DNA of 64,000 nucleotides from contig JAVKOQ020000039.1 of the NCBI GenBank assembly GCA_031835245.2, positions 124,001 through 188,000 on the forward strand, given 5' to 3'. The notes below the pieces were generated by a model, which saw only the letters and a program-made list of their open reading frames with translations, was not told where the DNA came from and searched no databases. Both the position numbers and the translations under genes were made by a program. The stretch is from Balamuthia mandrillaris. Taxonomy: Eukaryota. Below are positions 37,356-52,983 of the stretch, piece by piece; the stretch's first letter is position 1, and the number at the start of each line of letters is the position of its first letter.

Positions 37356-38738
37356 ATGGGCAACTGTTTATGTGGTTGGTTGCGACACTTACCCCTCTGT
37401 GTCAATGTGTGCTTTAGCGGACGTGCCTTTTGCTTACTTCACCTCTTTTTTTTCTCCCACCCTTCCCGGAACACAGGCGATGATGTGGCTCAAACCGACG
37501 AACGGCAACCCCTGCTGTTCGGCCCCACTAAAAAGGAGCGAGAACAATACTTGGAGGCTCATCAGGAGCTGATCGTCCGGCTGCAAGCCGCCAGGGAAGA
37601 AGCGGTCTATCGGGCAGGAGGCTCGCAGGAAGCGTTGGCCTTTGCGCAAGCAGTGCAGGCGCTACCGGCCGAAATGTTCACAACCTACCGCGTCTTCGTC
37701 AAAGAGAAGTTGGTCAAGGAGGCGCTGGACCTTATCGATCAAGCAACACGAGCGAGGGCCTCCCTCTTGGCTGGCAGCGGCGAGAGCGACAAGACAGACA
37801 GTTGGATCAACCGTTTGTGCCTGGAGAAAGGGCGGCTGCTGTACTTTCAGGGCAAGCCAGGCTCGCACGCGGAGGCCTTTGCCGTGTGGGATCAATGCCT
37901 TCGAGTCTTCATTGACGAGGACATTCTTGAACAGTACGCCTCCTGTCTAGTAAGCTTGGACAGGGCCAACGATGTTAACGAGCTCTGCAAGGAGCACTGG
38001 CCGCATGCCCGCAGCCAAGAGGAGCAACTTCGCCTGTTGAGGGCGTTCCACAAGCACACCACGTTGGCTCATAAGGTGGCCTACGAGTGGGCTCCTCCCA
38101 CTGTGGTTGATTCTTTCGTGAAAGATATGGAAGCACAGTACGGCGGTGATAGCGGCCTGCGCACAACGCGGCAGACCATTTATATGAAGGAGCGGGAAGG
38201 CCGCAAGCAGCGACAGAGAGAAGCACTTCATCAACAGGAAACGGCTTATGATCGACTACGAAATATGGTGTACGGCGGGACTGAGGGTGCAGCTGTGGTG
38301 GGCACGCCTCCTCCTGAGAGGGACCTACTGGAGGTGGAGAGAGAACGGCAACAAAAATTGGAAGCGTTGCGCAAACGCGCCTCAATGGCACCGCCACCAC
38401 GACTTTTTGTCCCTCCTCAAGGAAGGACCTCCCTTCCTTCTTCTCATCCCATTTCTAGTTCTTCTCACACCACCGCCACCCAGGATCCATCCATTTCCAC
38501 AGAAGGGTCCCTTCCTCCACCACTGCCACCACGCCAGGCCTTTTACCAGCCTATAACCTCCTCTCATGATATCTCTTCTTCGCCTCCTCGCCCTTCTTCT
38601 TTAACCTCATCTTCAACAACCATCACCACAACCTCACACGAAATCGAACAAGAGACAACAAACCAAGAAGAGCAAACACCCACAAGCATCGAGGGAGAGG
38701 AGGCGGAGGAGAACCATCACCACTCACCCATTGTGTAA
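37356..38738 (+). CDS. Hypothetical helical (TPR-like) protein with N-terminal acylation and dileucine signals
   Basis: MGNCLC, then after a short intron GDDVAQTDERQPLL; helical core; Pro/Ser-rich tail. Confidence 0.7.
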   Translation: MGNCLCGWLRHLPLCVNVCFSGRAFCLLHLFFFSHPSRNTGDDVAQTDERQPLLFGPTKKEREQYLEAHQELIVRLQAAREEAVYRAGGSQEALAFAQAVQALPAEMFTTYRVFVKEKLVKEALDLIDQATRARASLLAGSGESDKTDSWINRLCLEKGRLLYFQGKPGSHAEAFAVWDQCLRVFIDEDILEQYASCLVSLDRANDVNELCKEHWPHARSQEEQLRLLRAFHKHTTLAHKVAYEWAPPTVVDSFVKDMEAQYGGDSGLRTTRQTIYMKEREGRKQRQREALHQQETAYDRLRNMVYGGTEGAAVVGTPPPERDLLEVERERQQKLEALRKRASMAPPPRLFVPPQGRTSLPSSHPISSSSHTTATQDPSISTEGSLPPPLPPRQAFYQPITSSHDISSSPPRPSSLTSSSTTITTTSHEIEQETTNQEEQTPTSIEGEEAEENHHHSPIV

Positions 38739-38855
38739 AACAACACGCTTCAAACCAAATGCAAGAACAACTGGAACACTTACACCTATACTATTTCCTC
38801 TTTAGCTAGCCTATTTTCCTTCTCTCTCAGTCTTTGTTTATTTCAGCTTCGTGTC

Positions 38856-39899
38856 TCAGACGGATACGTTCAGGGCCTCAACAATGCGGTGCATGACCAC
38901 ATCGCAAGAGATGTGAATGAGCATGGCCGCAAGGGGATCCTTGGGTGTGCGCTGCCGGTTGACGATGACCAGCCTACCCCCTCTCTCCACGCACTCATCC
39001 ACGAGGTCACATGCGGTGGGCACACTGAGGCTGCTTCCCAACACCAACACCAGGTCGGCCTTTATGCACTGCACCCAGGCTCTATCGTGCTCTGCCTCCA
39101 TGGACGGCACATCCAGGTAGGTGTTTCCAAAGTTTACAATGATGTCTCGCAGCGTTGCTTCTGCTTCTGCTTGCTTCTCCTCTTTGGTAGAAGGCGGAAA
39201 GCAGAGTTCACAGATGCGACCGGTTTCATGTTGCTTGAGAGCACGAGCGGTTCGCACGGGGAAGGAGCGATAGAACTGAGCGGAGCAGCGAGAGCACTCC
39301 TCCACAAAGGCATTACCATGCAGCTCCGAGAGGTTGTTGCCCCGTTGCAAGCCGCTCTTGACGTGCAGGCCGTCCACGTTGGTGGAGATGACGTGCTTCA
39401 GCAAGGCTCCTCCATCCTGCGTTCTTGCCTGGCACAAGGCAGCAAGGGCCTTGTGAGAGAAGGAAGGTTCCACCTGGGACAGTCTTTGTGAGAACCATCC
39501 CTCCTCTCCTTCTTCTGCTCTGCCCTTCTTTCTTTCTTGTCGTTGTTGTTGCTGGACTCGTTTGGTCCACACCCCTTGTGGTCCCCTGTAGTCTGGCAGT
39601 CCACTTGCTGTGCTTATGCCTGCCCCTTTGGTTTTTTTTTTGAGGCATCAGTTTTTTTTTGTGTTCCTCAAAAGAGAGAGCTCACATACGAAAAACAAAC
39701 CAGTGTACACCACCCAATGTTTTGCGTCCTGGACCCATGCAACGAGTTGAGAGAGCTTGGTTTGGAGGGCGGAGGGGTCCTCGCTGAGCTCCGTCATGTA
39801 GTCCACGCCGCGCTCCTTGTCCGCCTCGCGAAGGTTGGAGCGCACGTACTCCTCAAACTCGCGGTACTCCTCCCCTTCGAACCCGTCCTCTGGCGCCAT
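38856..39899 (-). CDS. NAD-dependent deacylase, sirtuin class IV (SIRT6/7-like), 2 exons
   Basis: VVYTG|AGISTASGLPDYRGPQGVWT, STNVDGLH, SELHGN, CxxC...CxxC, LGSSL, IVNRQRTPKD. Confidence 0.9.
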
Positions 39900-40381
39900 G
39901 TGCTCCTCCTTTCCTCGCGTGTAAAAATGCCAAACACTCTCCTCTTTCACGAGCAGTAGTGAGCGCCACCCAACAAGACGTTGCAGCAGTTGCCTTGCCC
40001 TTTATTCATCGAAAGAAAGGGACAAAGAAAGGGAGAAAGAGAAAGGAAGCAGCGAAGATGAAATTCTTTTCTTTCTTTCCTTCTTTCTTTGAAAGAATGC
40101 GGGGAATGTGGAAAATGTTAGGAATGCGGGAAATTCGAGACAAAATCGGAGGATCTTCAGATCACAAGGCTAAATGAAGCGGTTTGATTTTTCATTGGTT
40201 ACCATTTAGTCAAAAAAATAATCAATAAAATACAGAAAAAGAGAGAGAGGAGGAGAGGGGGAGGTGAGTTGGTGTCGGTCACCCTCGCTCTCTTCTGTTC
40301 CCGCCCTTCCCTTCTTCTTCCTTGCGAGTAGTGGCAGCGGTGACAAAAACGTCTTTTTTTTTATTTTTGCTAAAATAACCG

Positions 40382-43300
40382 ATGGCGGAACTTACTGCCG
40401 CATCTTCTTCTTCTTCCTCCACACAACCAGATGAAGAGGGAGAGCAACCGCCTTCCTCCTCCTCTTCCTCACAACCTACCACTGCTAGCAGGCCTCGAGG
40501 TTCCAACGATGAAACAGAGGAAGGTGGTGGCTCCTTTGCCGCCCTGCTGGACTTTTACCGCCGCAACGACGTGCTGGTGGTGCTCATGGACGTGCCGGGC
40601 CTCTCCCGTGAGGACTTTGACGTCCTCTACGACGGCTACAGCCGCGAGCTGGTGGTGAAGGGCCATCGACACCTCTCCAAGCAGAAGGAGAACGGGAACG
40701 CCGCCCTGCTCGAGTACTTCCTGGACGAGCGGGCGGGAGGAGCCTTCGAGAGGACGGTCCGGATCCCGGAGGGGCTCAGGCCGAGGAAGAAGGCCATCCG
40801 CGTGTACGTTCGCTTTGGAGTGCTGAAGGTGAGGGTCAAGCTGAAGAACTACGAGGCCACCCCGACGCTGATCCTTGTGAACTATCGGCTGAGCAGAGAG
40901 AGCGCCGACAGCAACAAACGAGCGTTGCCCTCCTCTTCTTCGGGTCGGCCTCTTCTTACGTATAAGAAGGATGACGAGGGTGATGAAGGAAGAGGAGGAA
41001 AGAAAGCGGGAGAGGAGAGAAAGAGCAGTGATGGAAGAGGAACGGATGGAAGCGGTAGTGGTGGTGGTGGTGAGCGGAGAAAAGAAAGAGAACAGGACGA
41101 GGGAGGCAAAGGACAAAGAGAACCACGGAAAGAAGGAGCACAACAACAGGAAGTGCCAGAGCCTAAAACAAAAACGAAACAAGAGGAACCAAAAGGACCC
41201 AAAGAAGAAAAAGTGAAAGAGAAAGAGCAAGTTGCCCGCCACGAACAAGAGAAGAAGCAAGAGGGAGGAGATGATGCAACGGTTGAACCGGCAACAAACC
41301 AACCAACGCAAGAAGAGGAGAAAGACAAGCAAGAAGAAGCAGCAACACCAGCAGCAGAACCAGAAAACAGAGAGGATGAGGAGGATGGCGAGGGCATAGA
41401 AGGAGAACACAGCGAGGAACGACCGAAAAGGCACTCCGTCAACCGGCCTTCGTTGAGCGAAACTCTACGAGGGGAGCGGGCCACAGAAGGTACCCGCCAC
41501 CCTCCCTCTCTTCTTTCTTCCTCTTCTTCTCTCCCTGCTTTTAGTCTTGTTTGTTCCTATTCTGCCAGCGTTCTTTCTTCCGTCTTTCTTCCTTCATTGT
41601 ATTCTCCCTTCACTGTTGCCACTGCTCCTGCATTGGGCCTCCCTGAAGCAGAAGAAGCAGAAGATGCTTCCTTCTTCTCTTCTCCCTCTCCACAATCAAC
41701 CTCCACCCCTTTCTCCCCTTCTTCTCCTATTTCACCTTCCCAAAGATTATCGGCATGGATGAAGACCCTGTATCTGTCTTCTCCTCCGCTTCAGACAGTC
41801 GTTGTCGATGATGGTGACGATGAGTTCGACTCTTCCTTTACATCCACTCCCACTCCTACTTCGACATCGGAAGACAACGACTCTCTGCTTCCTTCTCCCC
41901 ATTCTTCCTTCTCTTCTTCTCCTCTCATTTCTTCTTCCTCTTATTCTCCTCCTCCTTCATCACTAACAACATCGGCATTAATACCCGTTACACCGGTCTT
42001 CACGCTGTCCATCCTTGTCACCGCGTTTGTGGCTTGTTGCCTGTCTGACATTGCGGCCGCCCGCCAACGACGTCGCACTCGTCGCTATAGCCATCCAGCA
42101 AGAAGCCAAACGAGTCAAGACCCGCAAGATGGTCGCCGAGGAGTTGCTCGCCACGGAGAAGACTTACGTCAACAGCCTCGAGACAGTTGTGAAGGTTTCT
42201 CTCTCATGCTCTCTCTCATTCTCTCTCGAGTTCTTTCGTTTCTATTTTCTGATGATGTTTATATTTCTGTTATTTCAGCAAGTTATAGTACCATTGAAAA
42301 AGACTTCCTTGAACGTTTTGACTCAGGATGAGATAGATCAGGTCTTCCTCAACACCGAACAAATTTTGGCTCATCACCAACGCTTCTTGTCGTTGTTGGA
42401 ACGGCGCATCGAGAATTGGAATGATGACTCTAAACTCGGAGATATTTTCCTCAACGAGGTAAGCCCTTATTATCCTTCTCCTATATGTAAATCTTTCTCC
42501 TCTGCTTATCTTTCTACGTGAAAACAAACAAACGATAAGACGGACTTTATTTGGGATTATGGCAAGTTCCTAAATGACTACGAAACAAGCGTTCAGGTCA
42601 GCAAGTATCTTCAAAGGAAAATCCCCGACTTTGCAGCTATACTGAAGGTTCTCTTTCTTCCTGGTCATTTCTTTCTTTATCATTCTCCTCTGGCTTCAGT
42701 CCTTTTCTCACTGGTATTTCTTATTGAAGTCATTCGAAGAAGAACAAGATAGACTCTCCAAAGATGGAGCAGGTCTCAATCTCGATTCCTTCTTCGTCAC
42801 TCCTGTGCAACGCGTTCCGCGTTACCTCCTGCTGCTGCAACAACTACAAAAGTACACCAACGAGGCCGACGAAGAGAAAGCGGCTCTTGCCGCTGCGGAG
42901 GATAAAATCAGAGGCATCCTCACAAAGTTGAACAGCTCCATCGAACGAGACAAACTGATAAACGCCAAGAAAATCATTTCGATTGATGAAAGTATCTCTG
43001 ACTTACCACTGGTTTGTTGCTTTTCTTCATGCTTCGGTTGTTTTTTCTTCAATTGTCTTTCTTTCTTTCTCACCTCTTTTGTTTTCTTTTATTTTAAACA
43101 GAGACTCTTCAAAAGTGATCGGACGTTGGAAAAGGAAGGTAAAGTAATATTGAAGCTGAGCGGCAGCAAGAAAGAAGGCACCATCCGCATCTTCCAAAAG
43201 AGCTCCTACCTCTTCCTCTTCAACGATATCTTGGTGGCAACAGAAGAATCCGCAAACAAAAGCAAAGACAAAAGAAAGAGCAAGAACAAGAACGAAGCAG

Positions 43301-43569
43301 AAACGACGGTGAATGCCGAATCTACTCCCTATTCTTACATGTCTTCTGTGCCGCTGAACGACGTTGTTTCTGTGGAAGAAGGAGCTGCTATGCCACTTGT
43401 GGCTGCTCCTCAAAAAGGAGATGGCGATGACGAAGAGGAAGAAGAGAAGACAGCACCGAATGCGTTTCACTTTGAGACTAAGGGAGGCAAAGTGTGGACC
43501 GTCATCGCCTCTTCTGCCGAAGAAAAGGAAGCATGGATGCGGATTATCAGCAAGGGCGCCTCCCAATGA
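40382..43569 (+). CDS. HSP20/alpha-crystallin domain fused to RhoGEF (DH-PH)
   Basis: N-terminal LMDVPGLSREDFDV...LVVKGHR...ER..GAFERTVRIP...VRFGVLKVRV; phase-1 intron 41490-42090 joins to RKMVAEELLATEKTYVNSLE...VTPVQRVPRYLLLL (DH) and YLFLFNDILV...EEKEAWM (PH). Confidence 0.7.
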
Positions 43570-43624
43570 ACAATGTACTTTTGTTATATTTCCTTGTCGT
43601 GTCTTTCTTTCTGCTAGACACGCA

Positions 43625-43820
43625 GAAAAGAAGAGAGAGGAGAGAAGAAGAAGAGAGAGGAGAGAGCAGAGAAGAGAGGAGAGAGGAGAGGGAGAGAGGA
43701 GAGAAGAGAGAGGAGAGAGGAGAGAGGAGAGAGGAGAGAGGAGAGAGAAGAGAGGAGAGAGGAGAGAGAGAGAGGAGAGAGGAGAGAGGAGAGAGGAGAG
43801 AGGAGAGAGGAGAGAGGAGT
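43625..43820. repeat. Purine-rich (GAGAGAG)n-type satellite between the RhoGEF and DPH5 genes
   Basis: Directly visible ~7-nt periodic GA repeat. Confidence 0.85.
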
Positions 43821-43881
43821 AATTTGTCGACATCGGCTCACCAGAAGAAAGAAAGAAAGAAAGGGAAAGGGAGAGGCCAAG

Positions 43882-45111
43882 ATGGTGTTGTATTTGATAG
43901 GGCTGGGTCTCGGCGACGAGAAAGACATCACTGTCAAGGGCTTGGAGGCAGTGAAGAAATGCAAAACCGTTTACTTGGAACACTACACGTCCATTTTGTC
44001 AGTGGGCAAGGAGCGATTGGTACAAATCCTCTCTTCCGATTTGTTGTTCTCTGTTCTTCTTTCTTCTCATTCTGTCTCTCTTGTGCTTCCTCCCAAAAAC
44101 TCAAAGGAAAAGTACTACGAAAGAGAGGTCATATTAGCCGACAGGGAGCTCGTGGAGAGCGAGGCGGAGGAGAAGCTGCTCCTTCCCGCTCGTGAGGACG
44201 ACATTGGCCTCCTCGTCGTCGGCGATCCTTTTGGGTAACCTTCCTCCTTCTTCTTTCTTCTTCTTCTTCTTCTTCTTCTTCTTCTTCTTCTTCTTCTTCT
44301 TCTTCTTCTTCTCACCTCTCTTCCCGATAGAGCAACAACGCATGCGGACTTGGTGCTGAGAGCCAAGAAAATGGGCGTGGAGTGCGTCGTCTGCCACAAC
44401 GCCTCCATCATGAACGCCGTGGGTTGTTGCGGCCTTCAGCTCTACACCTTTGGGCAGACCATCTCCATGGTCTTCTTCACGGAGAACTGGCGGCCCGACA
44501 GCTTCTACAACAAGGTCCTTGCCAACCGCAAGATGGGCTTGCACACCCTTTGTTTGCTGGGTTGGTCATCCCTTCCTTCTTTCAAAACAAGAATAAGGAG
44601 AGAGAGGAGAGGGGAAGAGGGAGAGAGGGAGAGAGGGAGAGAGAGAGAGAGAGAGAGAGAATAACAAACCAAAAAAAAAAAAACAGATATAAAGGTGAAA
44701 GAACAAAGCGACGAGAACATGCTGAGAGGACGAAAGATCTATGAGCCACCTCGCTTCATGAGCGTCCACCAATGTATCGAACAGTTGTTGGAGGTTGAGC
44801 AAAAACGTCAGGAAAATGGTAACATCTTCTATCTCCTCTTCCTTCTACTTCTCCTCTTGTAATTCCTCTCGCATCTCATCTCAACCCTCTCTCACTCTCT
44901 CTTAATAGCGTATTCCGAAGAGACGATGTGCGTAGGGTTGGCGCGAGTGGGACAGGAAACACAGCAAATCGCGGCCGGCACCATGAAGGAGCTGTTGGAG
45001 GTGAGCTTTGGGGAGCCGCTGCATTCCTTCATCATCTGCGGGGAGCTTCAGCCCATGGAGGAGGAGTACATCGAGTTCTTCCGAGCTGGGAAGAGCAGCC
45101 ACGCCAGCTAA
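43882..45111 (+). CDS. DPH5: Diphthine methyl ester synthase, 5 exons
   Basis: [79 protein letters not shown]. Confidence 0.96.
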
Positions 45112-45346
45112 CTGGATATGAAAAACGAGCGTCGACGCTGTGCATTCATCTCTCCTTCTCTTATTTATTAATCGTCGTTGCAACGAAGCGAAACGTTGTG
45201 TTTCGTTCGACGTCCTTTCTCCTCTCTTCTGTCCTGGCTCATGTCCACTCTCCTCTCTATGTCGGCAAATATGAATAAATAAATTATGTCGACACTTAAA
45301 TTTTTCTTGGAATTTATTTCAACCAAAAATAAAATAAAAGAGGAAG

Positions 45347-46220
45347 ATGAAGAGAGGAAGACCATCTCAACGGGCTGGTTCATCTGCATCTCAGCGGAGC
45401 GGTTCGTTTGTTTATCTTTGGTTTTTTTTTTGTGTTGAAGAAAAAAGCGCAAGTCATCTTCTTTACATCTTTTTTAACGGCTACATTATTTTTTTTTTCA
45501 GTTCGCTCAAGAAGAGGCGGAGGAGGGGCCGCATCTCAACAGAGTTCGGAAGATGAATATTCACAAGGCTCCGAGACCCAACGACAACGCGCTAAATGGG
45601 ACAACCTCTCCTCCGAGGTGCGTACCGCATTGAGACTGATCCTTTATTTTTTCGTTTTTGGCCTCATCTCTCTCCTCTCTTTGCAGGAAAGAGAAAAGTT
45701 GGTTGGAGATACGATGCGGCTCATCTTGTTCATGGACCACAGCAAGAAAGTGATACGACGGACCGACATCAACGCCAAAGTGCTGCACGAGTACAAAGGA
45801 CAGAACCTGGCCACCGCAGTCATCGAGGAAGCGCAGAAGCGCTTCAAGGACATCTTTGGTTACGAGCTGGTGGAGGCTCCCCGCGTTACCGCTGAGGCAG
45901 GCGGTGCTCCCTCTAGACGAGGCGCTCCTTCTGCTTCTCGTGCGTTCTCACTGCCACCGACTTCTTTGTCATGTTGTCATCGTAACCTTCTCATCCGTTC
46001 TCTCTTTTTTCTCTCCTTATTCTTTGTTTTATGCTTTTGCTGTTGGGCAGAATCGGCAACAACGCCGGGAACGTACATGTTGGTGAACACGCTGCAGCCA
46101 AAAGAGGTGGAAATCATAGATTGGACGGACGAGGCACCCCCGTTGGCCCTCCTTAGCATTATTCTCTGCATCATCCATTTGAATGAAAACGTCATTGACT
46201 CTGGTGTCGTCTCGCGCGCG

Positions 46221-46275
<55 letters not shown>

Positions 46276-46766
46276 TCTCTTGATTTGACTAAACATTCAA
46301 ATGCAGAAACGCTAAGCTCTCATTTGGCCAAGCTAGATTTGCACACCGGACGCTTGCATCCCATCTTGCAGGATTGGGAGAGGGTGGTATCAACCTTTGT
46401 TCAAGAAACGTACCTCTCTCCTCTCCTTCGCTTTTCACCCTCATTTATGTCTTCCGTTCTCTCTCTCTGATTTTTTTTAAAAAAAAACAAACTAAACGCC
46501 ACACAAACACAAGGTACTTGCAACGCACAAAGAGCAACAAAACAGGGCAGAATGGCAACTTACTGTACGAGTATAGGATGGGACCTCGAGCGATCGCTGA
46601 GATTGACCTGCAGAGTATTATCGAGATCATAGCCACTGTCTTTGGAGAGCAAGTGGACGCCATCCTCATGCAGGATACCCTTGCAGCAAGAGCTGCTGCT
46701 AATGAAGCAGAGGAGGAAGAGGAGGAGGAGGAAGAAGAAGAAGAGGGCGAAGGAGAGGGAGCCTAA
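45347..46766 (+). CDS. NSMCE3: MAGE-domain protein / SMC5-6 subunit NSE3-like, multi-exon
   Basis: LVGDTMRLILF..HSKKVIRRTDI, AQKRFKDIFGYELVE, YMLVNTL, LLSIILCIIHLNEN, YEYRMGPRAIAE. Confidence 0.8.
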
Positions 46767-46917
46767 CGATTTCTTTGTACCAACGACAGCAAGTTAATTT
46801 TCTTTTCCTCAACCTTTTGCTTCCCTCTGTCTCTGCAAAAAACCAAGAGAGAGGGGAAAAAAATGTACAAAAACAGGACTTTATTTAACATCGGAGTTCT
46901 GCTTGTGGACATAACCT

Positions 46918-49420
<2,503 letters not shown>

Positions 49421-49725
49421 CACTCTCTTTCTTTCACTCGGGCGTGTCTCGCTCTCTGTCTCTCTGACTGCCCACTTACTTTTTTTTTCTTTTGCTTTTC
49501 TCTTTTTTGCTTTTTCAGTTCTGCCAAATGCATGACGTCAGCATTCCATTTTTTTAAAAATGGAATTTTCCTTTTCAATTTGGCAAACGCGCAACGGTTT
49601 GCTTTTGCAGTGGTCCTCGTCGACACTATTTTTCACCGCTCAAACTCTCAGGGATACGTATGGACTTTTTTGCTGCCGTTATTTCCCTTGTCATTTCTTT
49701 TCGGTCATTTTTCGACTTTTACTCA

Positions 49726-49815
49726 AGCACGAGAGGAATGATGAGCACGAGAGGAATGATAATAATGTTAGGAATGCTAAGAATGAGAGGAACGATAAGA
49801 ATAAAAGGAATGCTC
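49726..49815. repeat. Degenerate 18-bp periodic repeat just beyond the NXF1 stop
   Basis: agcacgagaggaatgatg-like unit twice, then diverged ..aggaatg.. units at the same period. Confidence 0.6.
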
Positions 49816-49829
49816 TACAAGATAACGCT

Positions 49830-51820
49830 TTATGGGGTGGAAGCGCCGCTGAGGAACGCTTCCGGAGGGATGGCGTTCTGTGCCTTCAACTCGTAAAAGT
49901 TGGCGAGGGCCTTGTTGTAATCCCACTCGTTGGTCTCCAGGCACTGCTTTGCAAAGGCCGGCGTCAGGTCCGTCACGTAGGACAGCTTGGTGATGAGGTC
50001 GTTGGATGAGGCAGCTGCAGCCGAACCGCTGCCACGTCTTGCTTGAGCGGAGGGAGAAGAGACCGGAGAAAAGGAAAACAAGGCGGAGGAAGAGGGGCTG
50101 CCCATCATCGGCAATGCGGAAGCAGTGGTGGACGTAGTTGTAGTGGAGGAGGAAGCGCTTGGTGCAGCAGAGGAGGCAGGTTGAAGGGATTGGCCAAGAT
50201 AAGGCCGCAGATGGAGCTGGTCGTTGACTACGAGGAGAGGAACGCCCAGTTGGTGGGCTCGCGATTGGGATGGTGCTGGCGTCAGTATGAACGTCCGGTC
50301 AAAGGAACGATTTACACCAACGTCCACTATTGTCGGTGATGTTAGTGGAAGTTCAATACATATCAAGAGAGAAAGAAGGCCAACCTTCCCAAAAGGTGCC
50401 GTGGATTGCCACATGAATCAACTTAAATAAATACAAAAATGAAACAAGCCATAGCAAGCGCTTTCGTTAGATATGGAGCAGAAGACGCAGAAGCGGGAGA
50501 GAAAGAAGAGACGAAAGAACAGTAAGCTAACCTGAAGATTACCAATAGAAGGCAAGGCAAAAGCATCAACGGTAAACCCGGTGCTAAGATCATGTAGCGT
50601 GTTTGGTAGCTGTTGCAAGAAATGAACGATATCAGCACGTCCGCGCTGAATCAGCTCTTGCCTCTGGTCCATGTCTTCCACCACCAAGAAATTTCTGCTG
50701 AGCTTTACATAGTCTTTCAATTTCTCTTTGTTTTCGTGCTGTTTCTTCTTCCCGTCTTTGCCTTTGTCTTTGTGATGATGCGACTTATCAGCTCCGATGG
50801 AATCTTTCTTGCCTACTGTCAATGAAAAGTAGGACCCATCTGTGTACAGTTCCAAAAGAGTTTGTCTGTTCTTGTCATACAGCTGGTAATATCTTACATA
50901 AGAAAATAAAACAATGAGTATAAATAACTTAAAGGAGAGGAGATGGAGAGAGAGAGAGGTTAAGTTACTTGGATAAAAAGTTGGCGATGAGGTTTTCTCT
51001 TTGTGGGGCATCAAAGTAATTGCTTTGAATGGGAGGAAGTACGCTGCTAAGCGCATAGGATGGAATGTCGAAGGAGATGGCTGGTTCCACCTCCACTGTG
51101 TCCAAATACTTTAGGAACGGAAATCGCCGTGTTACCTGGCTGTTGTTTGGGAGAATGCAGTCATGGAAGATAAGATAAACAAGCATAAAATAAATAAGAG
51201 AGAGAAGAAAATAAGATTGGAAAAAACAAGAACACCGAAAAAGAAGTAGAGCGAAAACAGGAAGAAGAACAAGAAAGTCGAACCTTCTATACCGACTTGG
51301 GTCTGTTTGTGTAGAAATAGGATTGTTGGTGAAAACCACTTCCCTCAGCTTGAGTCCCTTGAGATGATCCAGCTGCTTCATATCATTGATCCGGTTGCTA
51401 TCAAAGTTGAGGTTGGCAAGTTCAGGGGCATGAGAGGGCAGATCCCTGAAGCCCACCAACGTTCTCATGTTGTTGTTCGAAAAGTCAATGGTCTCTACCT
51501 GAGAGCACTTCTCGGCGACGACGCTCCACAGGGTGCGTAGCAAGGTGACGTTGTTGAAGTCCAGGGTAACACCGTGCTGGTGGCTGCCCTGCAGGCCCGC
51601 TAGGTTGAGAAACTTGCCGGCAACATTGTAGTGCGTTTCGACCAGGGATTGCAGCGCTTCTTTGTGCTTAGCGCTGAGCTCGTTGCTCGGTTTGTACTTG
51701 ACAAAATGTATATTAAGCTGTACGTAGAAGAATGGAAAGAATGAGAGAATAGGGAGAGAGAGAGAGAGAGAATGAGCATGAGAGAGATAAGGAGAGAAAC
51801 AGACAAGAGAGAGTGAGAGT

Positions 51821-51861
<41 letters not shown>

Positions 51862-52530
51862 ATGAAAGAGAACAGGAGACCAAGAGAAGAGAAAGAGAAC
51901 CTTGTTTCTGTCCCAGCGAATGCCGCTCAGCTTGGAGACGGCGAGAGCTTCGGCGCGATTGCTTATCCATAGGAACGCCTTGTTCCCAACCAGAGAGGCC
52001 TTTTTTTAAAAAAAAAAATAATGGACGGCAGTTCGTTTAAACACACACAACCGTTCTTTGCGGCGCTTTTTGTTTTTTTTTTTAAAAAAAAACGTACATC
52101 ATCCAGGGTGAACGGCTCGGAGCTTTTCTCCTTCAGAAACGCCACCAGGTCTTCCAGTGCCACGTTTTCCTCAAATCCAGTGACCTTGTTGCAACGCACA
52201 CATAATCAAACGCAAAAAAAAAGACACACTGTTTAGTGAGCCACAACGCACTGAAAAGGAGGGAGATAAAAGAAGAAGCACCATCAACTTGGCGCCATGT
52301 TCGCCTTCATGTTCTCCTCCTCCTCCTCCTCCTCGGAAGCCACCCCTTTTGCCGCCACCACGCCCTCCTCCTCTGAACCGGTCCTTGAAACCGCTTTTTA
52401 CTCCTCTTCGACCGCCGTCTCCACCTCCACCCTCCCCGCCTCCTCCTCCACGTCCTCCTCCTCGTCCTCTTCCTCCTCTTCCTCCCCTGCCACCACCTCC
52501 TCCTCCGCCTCCTCTGGGTCTCTCGCTCAT
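49830..52530 (-). CDS. NXF1: Nuclear mRNA export factor NXF1/Mex67, multi-exon
   Basis: RGG-rich N-terminus, LRR (IDFSNNNM, LNFDSNRI, VFTNNPI, FPFLKYLD), NTF2-like (YYQLYD, RSFDRTFIL, VVNDQL), TAP-C (QCLETNEWDYNKA...IPPEAF). Confidence 0.9.
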
Positions 52531-52818
52531 CCTCTTTTTTTTTTTTGTTGTTGTCTTTTCTTGTTGTTGGTTTTGCTGCAGCAACTCTTCTGGTTTTGTT
52601 GTGATTTTGTGCACGCTGATCGACTCGATCTTTCCATGACGTCATTGTGAGATCTTAATTCATGTCGTCATGGCATATTTAACGAGACGCTAACCCTAAC
52701 CTCAGAAACAATTCCAACCAGCGAAGCAAGTAAGAACAAGGAAGCAAGGAAGAAAGGAAAGACAAGGAAGGAAAGGCGGGAAAAAAGGAAGAAAAAAAAA
52801 ACAAAGCAGCAGAGAATC

Positions 52819-52946
52819 ATGATGAGCGGGGGAGGACAAACTACCATGAGGTGCTACTACGAGGTGTTGGAGGTGGAACGGAATGCCTCGGCGGATGAGC
52901 TTAAGAAAGCATACCGTAAAAAAGCCTTGCTTTGGCATCCTGGTTT

Positions 52947-52983
<37 letters not shown>

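Noticed and set aside
52690..52702. TAACCCTAACC as an interstitial telomere
   Set aside because: Under two units; at most a telo-box-like promoter word.
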